DNA of 63,355 nucleotides from Candidatus Xenobia bacterium (GTDB lineage: Bacteria; Vulcanimicrobiota; Xenobia; Xenobiales; QWHO01). The notes under the pieces are model-generated. The model was not told the DNA's origin and searched no databases. It was given only the letters and a program-made list of their open reading frames with translations. The position numbers and the translations under genes are program-made. The stretch covers positions 1-63,355 of the forward strand of contig BTUM01000046.1 in NCBI GenBank assembly GCA_045863235.1, read 5' to 3'. Below, one piece after another: positions 44,159 through 53,102 of the stretch (within the stretch, counting starts at the first letter, position 1; every line of letters starts with the position of its first letter).

Positions 44159-45294
44159 GTGGACGCCAACTCGGGCGCTCGAGGGTCGCTCGGCAGGCCG
44201 GGATTGAGGATCACTCCGCTGAGCGTCCAGAACAGGCAAGCGACCTGGGGCACGACGAGCACATCGGCACCCACTCCGCCACCCAGGATCACCAGCCAGG
44301 CCGCAGTACAGAACTGCTTGAGACTGTTCCGAGGGGCTCGGAGACCGGCTCGAAGCACGGCCACGATCACCGCGGCGAAGCTCAAGAACCCGGGCCATCC
44401 GGTCTCGTAGGCGATCTTGGCGAACTGGACGTCGGCCAACCCCATACGCCCTGCCCCCCTTCCCCAGGGTGCCTTCACCAGGCTCTCTCCAGCTCTCTGG
44501 AGGGTCTGCAGCCGGCCGCCTGAGGTTTGCATGACGTGCTGAAAGCGGTACTGGTCGCGATAAGTTCCCACCTGAAAAGACAGGGCGAACAGCAACGGGA
44601 GCAGCACCAGAGCAACCCACCATCCCCGTCGGGCGAAGAGAAAGAGAAGAGCCAACGCCAGACCGACCCAGGCACTGCGGGAGAATCCGAAGAGGAAGCA
44701 AACAATGGGCAGGATGGCTGCCCAGCGCCACCGCCCCAGGAGCTTGACCAGGAGGAGTGCCTGGGCGGCGGCGAGCATGGCGGAGTAGTTGTCGTTCAAG
44801 AGAGTGCCTGCCAACCGCCAGCCTCGAGGGTAGACGGGTGTGGAGTAAGGAAACGTCAGGATCTGCTCAATAAGACCGCTGGCAGGAGCTCGCTGACAGT
44901 CATTCACGAATCGAAACCAGCAATAAGACGCCAGCGAGTAGAGGCAGGCCAGCAGGCCGACCCAGCACCAGATCCTCAAGACCCGTTCGATAGCATCCGA
45001 CCTGAGAGCTACGCCGACCAGGCAACAAACCAGGTAGGGCAGCAGCAAGCGGGCCGACTCGAAAGCATCGCTCGCGCCCACCAGGGCGATCGCGTTCACC
45101 AGTCCAAAGACCAGCACCGGCGCCAGAGCCTTCAGCATCGGCAGAGTCATCCGGGGCATGATTGCCAGCAGCAGGAAGACCAGAAGGCCGTCGTCCAGAA
45201 CCCCGAGCGCAGGCCAGCCGAGCACCAGGAACTCATGCCAGATGTGCTCGGTCAGCAGCAACCCGAGGCCGACCGCTGCCAGGTCAGGCCGCAT
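44131..45294 (-). CDS. O-antigen ligase (Wzy_C) family membrane protein
   Basis: Polytopic membrane protein with RLAGTLLNDN, FSRSAW, SGGRL and PWGRGAG. Its start overlaps the nucleotidyltransferase stop. Confidence 0.72.
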   Translation of the reverse strand: MRPDLAAVGLGLLLTEHIWHEFLVLGWPALGVLDDGLLVFLLLAIMPRMTLPMLKALAPVLVFGLVNAIALVGASDAFESARLLLPYLVCCLVGVALRSDAIERVLRIWCWVGLLACLYSLASYCWFRFVNDCQRAPASGLIEQILTFPYSTPVYPRGWRLAGTLLNDNYSAMLAAAQALLLVKLLGRWRWAAILPIVCFLFGFSRSAWVGLALALLFLFARRGWWVALVLLPLLFALSFQVGTYRDQYRFQHVMQTSGGRLQTLQRAGESLVKAPWGRGAGRMGLADVQFAKIAYETGWPGFLSFAAVIVAVLRAGLRAPRNSLKQFCTAAWLVILGGGVGADVLVVPQVACLFWTLSGVILNPGLPSDPRAPELASTQGPVSLLT

Positions 45295-46291
45295 CGCCCC
45301 GGTTGCGGCGGGGGTTGGTCACAAAGCGCCAGAACCTGCGCCAAGCAGCGGCAAGCCTGAGCCGCGGACCGCCCGCACTGACCACCTCGTCCCCCAGGAA
45401 GCCATACTCGACGAGGTAGCGAAGACGGGCCGAGAGTCCGGGCAGGGAAGCGGCCAGGAAGAGCTCTCCCCAGATCGGACCGGGACGGCGCCTGGCGGCG
45501 ACGCGCAGAAACATTCTCTCAGACCAGGCCAGGGGTGGAAGCTGCACGAGCGGGGCTGAGCAGGGGAAGAGCTCAGTTACGAGGTGGGCGCAAAAGAGAA
45601 CCGGTCGAGAGTTGAGGGGGATTCTCGCGGGCGGGCAGCAGCGCAAGGCCAGAGCCAGGTCCACCAGCCAGATCAGGCGGCAACAGGAGTGTTTCAGGGC
45701 GTGCAGCGACAGGTGCAGCAACTGATGCTCCTCAGAAAGAAGGCGAAGGCCCGGTCGCCAGGGCCGGCTGTCAGCCCACAAGGCGCCGGTGGGAGGCCCG
45801 AGAAGGCGGCGGCTGGGGATACGGCGGGTGTCGAGAAGCTCTGTATGCAAGTCGACCTGCGGCCGATCAGGGCCAAAGCTCTCCAGCAAGCTCTGAACCC
45901 GTTGGAGGTCCCGGGAGCCAACCAACAAGTCCAGGTCGCCCATGGGCCTCAGCAGCGGGTCGACATAAGCCGTGGGAATCAAGGCCGCCCCTTTGAGCGC
46001 AATGACCTCGAGGTCTTGCTGCTCAAGACGAGAGCCCAAACGCTCGAGAAAGGCCATCTGCCACAGGCCGCGTCCCCAGTATCCGGCCTGTCGTTGGCGA
46101 CGCGCCGGGTCGCCAGGAAGCATGGCCGCGATGATTCCCAGGGTTCCCTCCTGTTCGGCCAGCTCGAGCAGGCCGGGACAGGTCGGATCCGAGCCGAGCG
46201 CAGGAGCGCCGGCGAGCCAGCGAGCGACCAGTAACAGGTGCAGGGCGCGGGGGGACACCCGGGCTGGTTCGCCCTCCCACACAGGATTCAT
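45284..46291 (-). CDS. Nucleotidyltransferase family protein (NTP_transf_5 type, as in paeninodin/pseudomycoidin clusters)
   Basis: VIALKGAAL, RPMGDLDLLV, VDLH, HALKH and LIWLVDL. Start uncertain (ATG 46291 or GTG 46258). Confidence 0.85.
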   Translation of the reverse strand: MNPVWEGEPARVSPRALHLLLVARWLAGAPALGSDPTCPGLLELAEQEGTLGIIAAMLPGDPARRQRQAGYWGRGLWQMAFLERLGSRLEQQDLEVIALKGAALIPTAYVDPLLRPMGDLDLLVGSRDLQRVQSLLESFGPDRPQVDLHTELLDTRRIPSRRLLGPPTGALWADSRPWRPGLRLLSEEHQLLHLSLHALKHSCCRLIWLVDLALALRCCPPARIPLNSRPVLFCAHLVTELFPCSAPLVQLPPLAWSERMFLRVAARRRPGPIWGELFLAASLPGLSARLRYLVEYGFLGDEVVSAGGPRLRLAAAWRRFWRFVTNPRRNRGDAA

Positions 46292-46317
46292 CCACAATCG
46301 GTGGAAACGGCTGCCAC

Positions 46318-48012
46318 GTGTCCTTGAGGCTGGTCTTGCGTCTTGCCCGAGCGGTGTCTCGAGAACGACCGGGTCTGGTGGCAACCAGTCTCTTGCTCAG
46401 CCTGGCTACGGCGCTCAGCGGAGGGCTCGGCATCCTGCTTCTGGTCCCTCTACTCAGCCTGGTGGGGATCGGGCAGCCCGGTTCGGAAACCCTTGCCTGG
46501 CTCGGCCGCCTGGAGCGGCAGACGGGCGTCACGCCTGACCTTGCGGTGATCCTGATCCTCTTTCTGGTGGCCCTGACAGCCCAGGCTTGGCTCCAGAGGG
46601 CCCAGAGCCTGACGACCTACGAGCTCTCCGTCCAGTTTCCGCTGAACATACAGCGTCAACTCTACGAAGCCATATCCGGCACCCGATGGACGCACTTTTT
46701 GAGCATGCGTAAGTCCAGTCTCCTGCAGGCTTGCACCTTTGAAGTGGAGCGACTGGAGCGCGCCGTTTACTGCCTGCACGCGCTCATCCTCGAAGGATGC
46801 CTCTGCTTGACCTACACGCTTGTGGCCCTGGCGCTGATGCCCGGGGTCACCCTGGTGTGGGTAGCCTGCGGCCTCCTCATGCTCGCGATGATGCGAAAGC
46901 GCATCCGGCGCGCCCGCCACATGGGCGAGCAGATCAGTGAGGATACGACCCGGATCTACCAGACGATATCCGACCACCTGGACGCCTTCCAGGTTGCTCG
47001 GGCCTACCAGGCCCAAGAACGACACGTCAGTCGGTTCCTGGAGGACATGGAGAGCTATTACGCGACGTTGAGGCAGGCCAACCGCAACTATCTCGACTCG
47101 AAGTTTACCTTCCGGGCAGCCTCGCTCCTGGCCCTGTGCCTGGTCTGCTACGCTGCCGTCCGCTGGGTCGAGGCCTCACCCGCTACCGTCGTACTCTCGA
47201 TCTACGTCTTCTCGCGCCTGGTTCCCAACTTGTCGAGTCTCGAGCAGCTCCTTCAGAGCTTTCTGCATGCCGCTCCGGCCTACGACACCCTGAAAGCCAC
47301 CATTAAACGCTGTCAGGAGGAGTCGGACAGGGAGCCGAGCGGAGAAGCTCCCGCCCTGCCCTTTGAACGAGAGATCCGCCTCGAGGGAGTATGTTTTTCC
47401 TACCCGGGCACAGAGCGTCTGCAAATCGAGGACCTGAGCCTGTCGATCGAGTCGGGCCGAATGACGGCGTTGGTAGGCGCGAGCGGCAGTGGGAAAAGCA
47501 CGACCGTCGATCTGATCCTGGGCCTGCTCACGCCCTTGCGAGGGAAAATTCTGGTCGACGGGAGGGAGCTGACCCCCGAGCTTCTGCCTGCCTGGCGCCG
47601 GACGGTTGCCTATGTGCCACAGGACATCTTCCTGTTTCACGCCAGCATTCGCGACAACTTGCTGTGGGCCCGGCCTGAAGCGACCGAGTCAGAGCTGTGG
47701 GAGGCGCTCGGTCGCGTGCAAGCCGATGGAATGGTAAGGGAGATGCCGGCGGGAATCGACACGTTGGTAGGTGACCGGGGCAGTCGCCTGTCCGGAGGAC
47801 AGGCTCAAAGACTGGCGCTGGCCCGGGCTCTTGTGCGCAGGCCCCGCATCCTCATACTGGACGAGGCGACCAGCGCCCTGGACGAGGCCTCCGAGAGCCA
47901 GATCCTGGCGATGCTTCGGACCGACCTGACGATCCTGATGATCACCCATCGAGCATCAGCCGCAAGCCGAGCCGACCAGGTGCTCTGCCTCGAGTCGGGA
48001 CGCCGCGCGTAG
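46318..48012 (+). CDS. ABC transporter TMD+NBD, probable lasso peptide exporter
   Basis: GASGSGKST, YVPQD, LSGGQAQRLALARA, ILDEATSALD and ITHR. Immediately upstream of the lasso genes. Confidence 0.88.
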   Translation: MSLRLVLRLARAVSRERPGLVATSLLLSLATALSGGLGILLLVPLLSLVGIGQPGSETLAWLGRLERQTGVTPDLAVILILFLVALTAQAWLQRAQSLTTYELSVQFPLNIQRQLYEAISGTRWTHFLSMRKSSLLQACTFEVERLERAVYCLHALILEGCLCLTYTLVALALMPGVTLVWVACGLLMLAMMRKRIRRARHMGEQISEDTTRIYQTISDHLDAFQVARAYQAQERHVSRFLEDMESYYATLRQANRNYLDSKFTFRAASLLALCLVCYAAVRWVEASPATVVLSIYVFSRLVPNLSSLEQLLQSFLHAAPAYDTLKATIKRCQEESDREPSGEAPALPFEREIRLEGVCFSYPGTERLQIEDLSLSIESGRMTALVGASGSGKSTTVDLILGLLTPLRGKILVDGRELTPELLPAWRRTVAYVPQDIFLFHASIRDNLLWARPEATESELWEALGRVQADGMVREMPAGIDTLVGDRGSRLSGGQAQRLALARALVRRPRILILDEATSALDEASESQILAMLRTDLTILMITHRASAASRADQVLCLESGRRA

Positions 48013-48114
48013 AGCACTTAGGACATGGCGCGGCGTCGTTCAATAGATAGATGGAACACACTCCCTGTTCTGAATCTGAACAAATCAAGGACGGGAGGAT
48101 AGCACGAATATCGC

Positions 48115-48143
48115 TTGTCAGCCCCACCGGGATTGTTTAAGAT
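48115..48143 (+). promoter_or_regulatory. Sigma70-like promoter for the lasso maturation genes
   Basis: TTGTCA (48115-20), 17-nt spacer, TAAGAT (48138-43). Confidence 0.6.
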
Positions 48144-48178
48144 TGAATGGACGACAGGAACTGGGCCAGGTCTTATAC

Positions 48179-48454
48179 TTGGATTTTCGGAAGAGGGTCA
48201 TTGAATCAGAGGACGTGCTTGTGCGCGAGATCGACGGGCAAGCGATCCTGCTGAACCTTGAAACAGAAGCATATTTTGGACTCAACGAGCCGGGCACGCG
48301 AATGTGGGAGCTCCTGACGAGCTCACCATCCATTGATGATGCCTACCGGAAGCTGCTCGACGAGTTTGAGGTGGAGCCTGAGCGGCTGAAGGCCGACCTG
48401 GGGGAGCTGCTGGCCGGCTTGATCGGGCAAGGTCTCGTAGCGGTCGAAGGATGA
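48179..48454 (+). CDS. PqqD-family RiPP recognition element (lasso B1)
   Basis: REIDGQAILLNLETEAYFGLNEPGTRMWELL...LLDEFEV..ERLKADL..L...GL. TTG 48179 is preferred over 48143, which overlaps the -10 box. Confidence 0.93.
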   Translation: MDFRKRVIESEDVLVREIDGQAILLNLETEAYFGLNEPGTRMWELLTSSPSIDDAYRKLLDEFEVEPERLKADLGELLAGLIGQGLVAVEG

Positions 48455-48888
48455 GCCTGGTTCGGTACGCACAGCTCTGCTTGCTGCAGGTCGCGCTCTT
48501 CTTCATTGGCATGCGGCGAGTGATGGGCCTTCTGAGGAAGCTTCCTTCGCGTCGTTCGGCTGGCGGCCGGAACCGCGAGGAGCGGGCCGAGATGTTGGCC
48601 CGACAGATCGAGCGAACCGCGCGAGTCGGTCGGTTGCGAGACAGCTGCCTGCCTCGTTCCATCCTGTTATGGTGGCTGCTCAGACGCCAGGGCATCCTCA
48701 CCCGGCTGCGCCTGGGGGTCAAGGGCAATGGGAAGGCGGTTCGGGCTCACGCCTGGGTGGAGCTGCGGGGCCGCCCGCTCGGCGCCGACCGTGACCAGAG
48801 CTCGGGATTCTCAGCATTCCCGGGCTTGACTCCCGGGTTCCGGCGGAAGAGGGCTGCCTGGAGGCTGCCGGCGGACCAGACTGGATGA
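48451..48888 (+). CDS. Lasso peptide leader protease (B2, transglutaminase-like)
   Basis: SCLPRS (catalytic Cys), LRLGV and AHAWVE (His). ATGA-coupled to B1 and C. Confidence 0.93.
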   Translation: MSLVRYAQLCLLQVALFFIGMRRVMGLLRKLPSRRSAGGRNREERAEMLARQIERTARVGRLRDSCLPRSILLWWLLRRQGILTRLRLGVKGNGKAVRAHAWVELRGRPLGADRDQSSGFSAFPGLTPGFRRKRAAWRLPADQTG

Positions 48889-50759
48889 GCTCCATCGTCG
48901 GCCTGCTCTCGAACGAGACCTTCCCGGCAGCCCCGGCTCTCATTGAGAAGATGCTGGGCAGGCTGATCCACCGCGGCCACGACCGCTCTGACCTCTGGTG
49001 GCATGATCGCCTGGCCCTGGGCCACGCAGCGCTCTGGACCACGGCGGACTGTCCGCTCAGCCGTTACCCTTCGGTCGCTCCCGATGGTCTGGTCGTGGTC
49101 GCCGATGCGCGCCTGGACAACCTGGGCGAGTTGCGAGAGTCCCTTGGACTCCCGGGTGGGCGGCCGGAGGAGCTGATCCTTGCGGCCTACCGCCGCTGGG
49201 GTGACCGGTTTCCAGGCTACCTCCTGGGTGATTTCGCAATTGCTCTGTCGGATCCTCATCGGGGCCGACTGGTCTGCGCCCGTGATCCGTTTGGAGTACG
49301 TCCCCTGGTGTATCACTGGCGCCCGGGATTCTTTGCGCTGGCCTCGGAAATCAAGGCTCTGCTGGCGGTGCCCGGCCTACCCTGCCACGTCAACGAAGGC
49401 AGAATCGCGGACTTCCTGGTGCCTCTGTTAGAGGGCATCGACCAGACTACGACGTTCTACGAAGAGATCCACCGCCTGCCTCCCGCTCACACCCTGGTGG
49501 TGGATCCGGCCGGCATTCGCCTGCAGCGTTACTGGCGCCTCGACCCACAACGCGAGCTCCGGTTTGCCGATCCAAATGACTATGTCGAGGGCTTTCGCCA
49601 GGTCTTCGGAGAGGCCGTGCGCTGCCGACTGGCAGGCAGTCACCAAGCCGGATTGCTGCTCAGTGGAGGCATCGACTCAGCCGCTATCGCCGCCGTCGCA
49701 AGCGATACGGGCAGACCACTGCGAACCTACTCGGCGGTGGCAGGGGAGGATGAGGAGAGCTGCTGCATCCGGGAGATGATCGCCCACCTGCCGGGCCTGC
49801 AAGCTCGCACGATTTCGGTTCAGGAGGCCCACCTATTCCAGGGGAGCCCGGCTGAGATGCTGCGCGGGCTCGATGACCTCTTTGACACCGACCTGATGGC
49901 CGTTCCGGCCCTGCTCTACGCGGCCGCGCGCCTTGACGGCACCCGGGTCGTGCTCGATGGGGTCGATGGGGATATCGTCACTTCCCACGGCTCTTCGTAC
50001 CTGGCATATCTGGTCCGCCAGGGTCTCTGGACTCGGTTCGCCCGCGAGGCTGTTGGGCTCTCGAATTTCTGGAGAATGTCCCTGCCCGAGCTCGTCTTGA
50101 AGGCGGTCAGGCAGGCAATGGTCCCCAATTTCCTACGCCGGCTGAAACTGGAGTATGACCGGCGCTTCGGCGACCGGACCTTGATCAAAGACTCTTGCAT
50201 CAACCCGGCCTTTGCTCGAAGCGCTCGACTGTCCGCGCGACGAGCCCGGCAACGGGAGAATCAGGGTTATGAGATGGCGGAGAATCTCAGACTCGCCACT
50301 GCCCGCCTCCTGGAAGCTCCTTTCATCACCGTTGCTTTGGAGCGCTATGAGCGGGTGGCCTCTCGGCAAGGGATCAAGTCCTGTCATCCCTTCTTTGATC
50401 GACGGCTGGTGGAGTACTGCCTTGCCCTGCCCTGGGATCAGAAGATCAGCCATGGGACCTCGAAGGTGGTTCTTCGTCGAGCATTGGAGCGCGATCTACC
50501 CCGTACGGTTCGCGGGGGTCGACCTCGTCGGCATGTGGCTCCTGTTTTCTGGAGCCATCTGACCGCTCGAGCTCAAAGCCTGCTGACCTCTGCTCCCCCG
50601 CAGCACCTGGAGCGCTACCTTGACCCGGCCAGGCTTCGCGGAGATGCTTCCTACCAGTGGCAGGCTTGCACGCTCGCCACCTGGTTGGCCGAGACCAGGC
50701 AGGAGCGAGTAGAAGACTCTAGTATAATCCGAAGTTTAAGTAATGGAGGTGTCTCGTGA
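48885..50759 (+). CDS. Lasso peptide cyclase (asparagine-synthetase-like)
   Basis: AsnB fold (ARDPFGVRPL, ASEIKAL, PP-loop LSGGIDS, HPFFDRRL) with Ser in place of the catalytic Cys (MSSIVG). Flanked by B1/B2 and the precursor. Confidence 0.93.
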   Translation: MSSIVGLLSNETFPAAPALIEKMLGRLIHRGHDRSDLWWHDRLALGHAALWTTADCPLSRYPSVAPDGLVVVADARLDNLGELRESLGLPGGRPEELILAAYRRWGDRFPGYLLGDFAIALSDPHRGRLVCARDPFGVRPLVYHWRPGFFALASEIKALLAVPGLPCHVNEGRIADFLVPLLEGIDQTTTFYEEIHRLPPAHTLVVDPAGIRLQRYWRLDPQRELRFADPNDYVEGFRQVFGEAVRCRLAGSHQAGLLLSGGIDSAAIAAVASDTGRPLRTYSAVAGEDEESCCIREMIAHLPGLQARTISVQEAHLFQGSPAEMLRGLDDLFDTDLMAVPALLYAAARLDGTRVVLDGVDGDIVTSHGSSYLAYLVRQGLWTRFAREAVGLSNFWRMSLPELVLKAVRQAMVPNFLRRLKLEYDRRFGDRTLIKDSCINPAFARSARLSARRARQRENQGYEMAENLRLATARLLEAPFITVALERYERVASRQGIKSCHPFFDRRLVEYCLALPWDQKISHGTSKVVLRRALERDLPRTVRGGRPRRHVAPVFWSHLTARAQSLLTSAPPQHLERYLDPARLRGDASYQWQACTLATWLAETRQERVEDSSIIRSLSNGGVS

Positions 50760-50923
50760 GTGAGTTCAACAGGGAGCCGTCGGATGTCCGGGCTTCTTCT
50801 AAGAGGGGCTATGTCAAGCCCCAGTTGGTGGCCTACGGAAACGTAAGAGCCCTGACCACCGGGGGCTCGGGAGCTGAAACCGAAAACAAGGGCAAGGATC
50901 CGCAACTCGACAAGAAGCCGTGA
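50756..50923 (+). CDS. Lasso peptide precursor (55 aa; absent from the ORF track)
   Basis: GGAGGT SD, then GTG: MSEFNREPSDVRASSKRGYVKPQLVAYGNVRALTT|GGSGAETENKGKDPQLDKKP. Shows the YxxPxL, G and T(-2) leader motifs, with Gly1 and Glu8 in the core. GTGA overlaps with both neighbours. Confidence 0.92.
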   Translation: MSEFNREPSDVRASSKRGYVKPQLVAYGNVRALTTGGSGAETENKGKDPQLDKKP

Positions 50924-51837
50924 GCTCCGTGCAACCCAGATGCTATCGGTTCTGCGATTGGATGGTGGTTTCCGAATTGCCGCTCTGCAGCTCACTCCTG
51001 GCTGAGTGCCCCCCCCTCGATGGAGACTGCGAGATCCTGGCGCGGGCATCACCCCCAGCACCGGAACGATACACTCATCGTCAGCAATGGCTCGGGCCGG
51101 ACGGGACCGTGTCACTCGAGCATTACTGGTCCGGGGAGCGGTCCACCTACCAACTCGTGCGATTTCCCGGCCAGGCCGATTGCCTGATCGACGGGCGACG
51201 CGTCCAGGTCACCCCGGCGGATGGCCTCCAGCCCGGTGAACTGGATCGCCTCCTCGTGTCCCAACTGTTACCCAGGCTGATGAGCTCGAGGGGCCGTCTT
51301 GTTCTCCACGCAAGTGCCGTCACCGCCGCTGGAGGAGCGATCGGATTCCTGGGTCCATCCGGAGCCGGCAAGTCCACCCTGTCCGCCTATCTCGCCAGCA
51401 CAGGAAAACCCATCCTGGCGGACGATTGCCTGGTCATCATCCCGGAAGCAAACGGGGGAGCTCGGGCTCTTCCGAACTACTCCGGCTCGAGGCTGTCTCC
51501 TGACACCGTTGCCTGGCTCTACCCAACCTCACGCTCTCACAAAGGGCAGAAGAACCGGGTCCACCTCCCCGACTGCGCGTCCCAATCGGCCCTGAAGGCT
51601 CTCTTTCTCATTGAGTCTTCGTCAAGCGTCACCTGCGAGCCCCTTGAGGCTCGGGAACGAGTGGTGCAGCTGCTGCGAAACTCCTTTCAACTCGGCTCCA
51701 GTCAGCGGAGCGAGCGGGCCCGCCTCCTGGAGCAGTTGGTGACGCTGGCCCGCTCGGTGCCCTGTTATCGTCTGGCCTATCCGCGTGAATATGAGAGACT
51801 GGGCGAGGTGGCGCGTCTTCTGGAGGGCTATGTATAG
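50920..51837 (+). CDS. HPr-kinase-like lasso peptide kinase (PadK/PsmK-like)
   Basis: VLHASAV, Walker A GPSGAGKST and ILADD. Start overlaps the precursor stop. Confidence 0.85.
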   Translation: MSSVQPRCYRFCDWMVVSELPLCSSLLAECPPLDGDCEILARASPPAPERYTHRQQWLGPDGTVSLEHYWSGERSTYQLVRFPGQADCLIDGRRVQVTPADGLQPGELDRLLVSQLLPRLMSSRGRLVLHASAVTAAGGAIGFLGPSGAGKSTLSAYLASTGKPILADDCLVIIPEANGGARALPNYSGSRLSPDTVAWLYPTSRSHKGQKNRVHLPDCASQSALKALFLIESSSSVTCEPLEARERVVQLLRNSFQLGSSQRSERARLLEQLVTLARSVPCYRLAYPREYERLGEVARLLEGYV

Positions 51838-52975
51838 CGTCTTCTTCTATGGTCGCATGATTGCCGACAGAGTCCGCATGGATGCCTATTGCGAGGCGTT
51901 GAGGCGTGCGGTTCAGCCTGGCTCGACCGTGCTCGATATCGGCACCGGAACCGGGATCATGGCCCTTCTCGCGTGTCGCTTCGGAGCCCGTCACGTCTAT
52001 GCGGTGGAGCCTTCGGAAGCCATTCATGTGGCCCGCAAGATGGCAGCCGACAATGGGTTTCTCGAGCAGATCACCTTTCTTCAAGATCTGTCGACTCGAG
52101 TCAACCTGCCTGAGAAAGTCGACGTCATCGTCTCGGACGTTCGCGGAAACCTTCCCCTGCTTGGGCAGAGCCTGGGCTCTTTGATGGATGCTCGCGACCG
52201 GCACCTCGCCAGGGAGGGACAAATGATCCCCCAGCGCGATCTCATGCAGGTAGCCCTGGTGGGCGCTTCATCTCTTTACTCGCGCTACGAGGGGGTCTGC
52301 GGCACCAACCTCTACGGCCTGGACCTCTCCGGCTCCTGGCCCTACGTGGCCAGCTCGATCTATCGTGAGGAGCTGCGTCCCGAGCACCTCTTGCTCGAGC
52401 CCCGCGTCTGGTGTGAGCTCGATTATCGCACTTTGTCCACTCCTCACGCTCGAGGCCAGGCCGAATGGACTTTGCCTTCGGGCAGCAGAATCTACGGGCT
52501 CGGTCTGTGGTTTGATGCTCAGCTGCTGGACGGAGTTGGCTTCTCCAATGCCCCACTGTATTCACCTCTGATCTACGGGCGCACCTTCTTGCCCCTCCGA
52601 GAACCGCTGGATGCCCAAGCTGGGGAGCAGGTCGTGGTGAGCCTCAGGGCGCAGCTCGTGGCAGAAGGCTATGTCTGGTCGTGGCAGGTCGAGGTCCTTT
52701 CCCCAGGCTCGACCCGGGCGCGATTGCGGTCCAAACAATCGACCTTCGAGGGGATTCCCATGGCTCCAGGCACTCTCGCTCGGCACGACCACCGCTTTGT
52801 GCCCAGCCTCAACGAAGCGGGGCGGGTGGAGCTGGCGATCCTCGAGTTGATGGACGGCCAGCGCCCCCTGGAGCAGATTGCCGGCGAGCTCACCCGGCGT
52901 TTCCCCACCCGTTACCCCACGATTACCCGCGCGATGGCGGAGGTGGGAGCTCTGGCGGTGAAATTCGGCTCCTGA
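51830..52975 (+). CDS. PRMT-fold class I SAM methyltransferase
   Basis: MIADRVRMDAY, LDIGTGTG, VYAVE, EKVDVIVSD and LWFDAQL. GGAGGG SD; overlaps the kinase stop. Confidence 0.85.
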   Translation: MYSVFFYGRMIADRVRMDAYCEALRRAVQPGSTVLDIGTGTGIMALLACRFGARHVYAVEPSEAIHVARKMAADNGFLEQITFLQDLSTRVNLPEKVDVIVSDVRGNLPLLGQSLGSLMDARDRHLAREGQMIPQRDLMQVALVGASSLYSRYEGVCGTNLYGLDLSGSWPYVASSIYREELRPEHLLLEPRVWCELDYRTLSTPHARGQAEWTLPSGSRIYGLGLWFDAQLLDGVGFSNAPLYSPLIYGRTFLPLREPLDAQAGEQVVVSLRAQLVAEGYVWSWQVEVLSPGSTRARLRSKQSTFEGIPMAPGTLARHDHRFVPSLNEAGRVELAILELMDGQRPLEQIAGELTRRFPTRYPTITRAMAEVGALAVKFGS

Positions 52976-53102
52976 TCTCGAGAATCGGCGACGTGTGAGA
53001 AGTTACGCCTGCTGTTACGTCGACAGTTGTCTCCTCTGGCAGCCGCCTATGGAACAAGATGGCAGCCGACAAGAGCGCTTGCCGTGAGCCTCGGCACCAG
53101 CC

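Noticed and set aside
48885..50759. EPS-associated asparagine synthetase/amidotransferase
   Set aside because: Lacks the N-terminal catalytic Cys and is coupled to RRE, B2 protease and a precursor, so it is a lasso cyclase.
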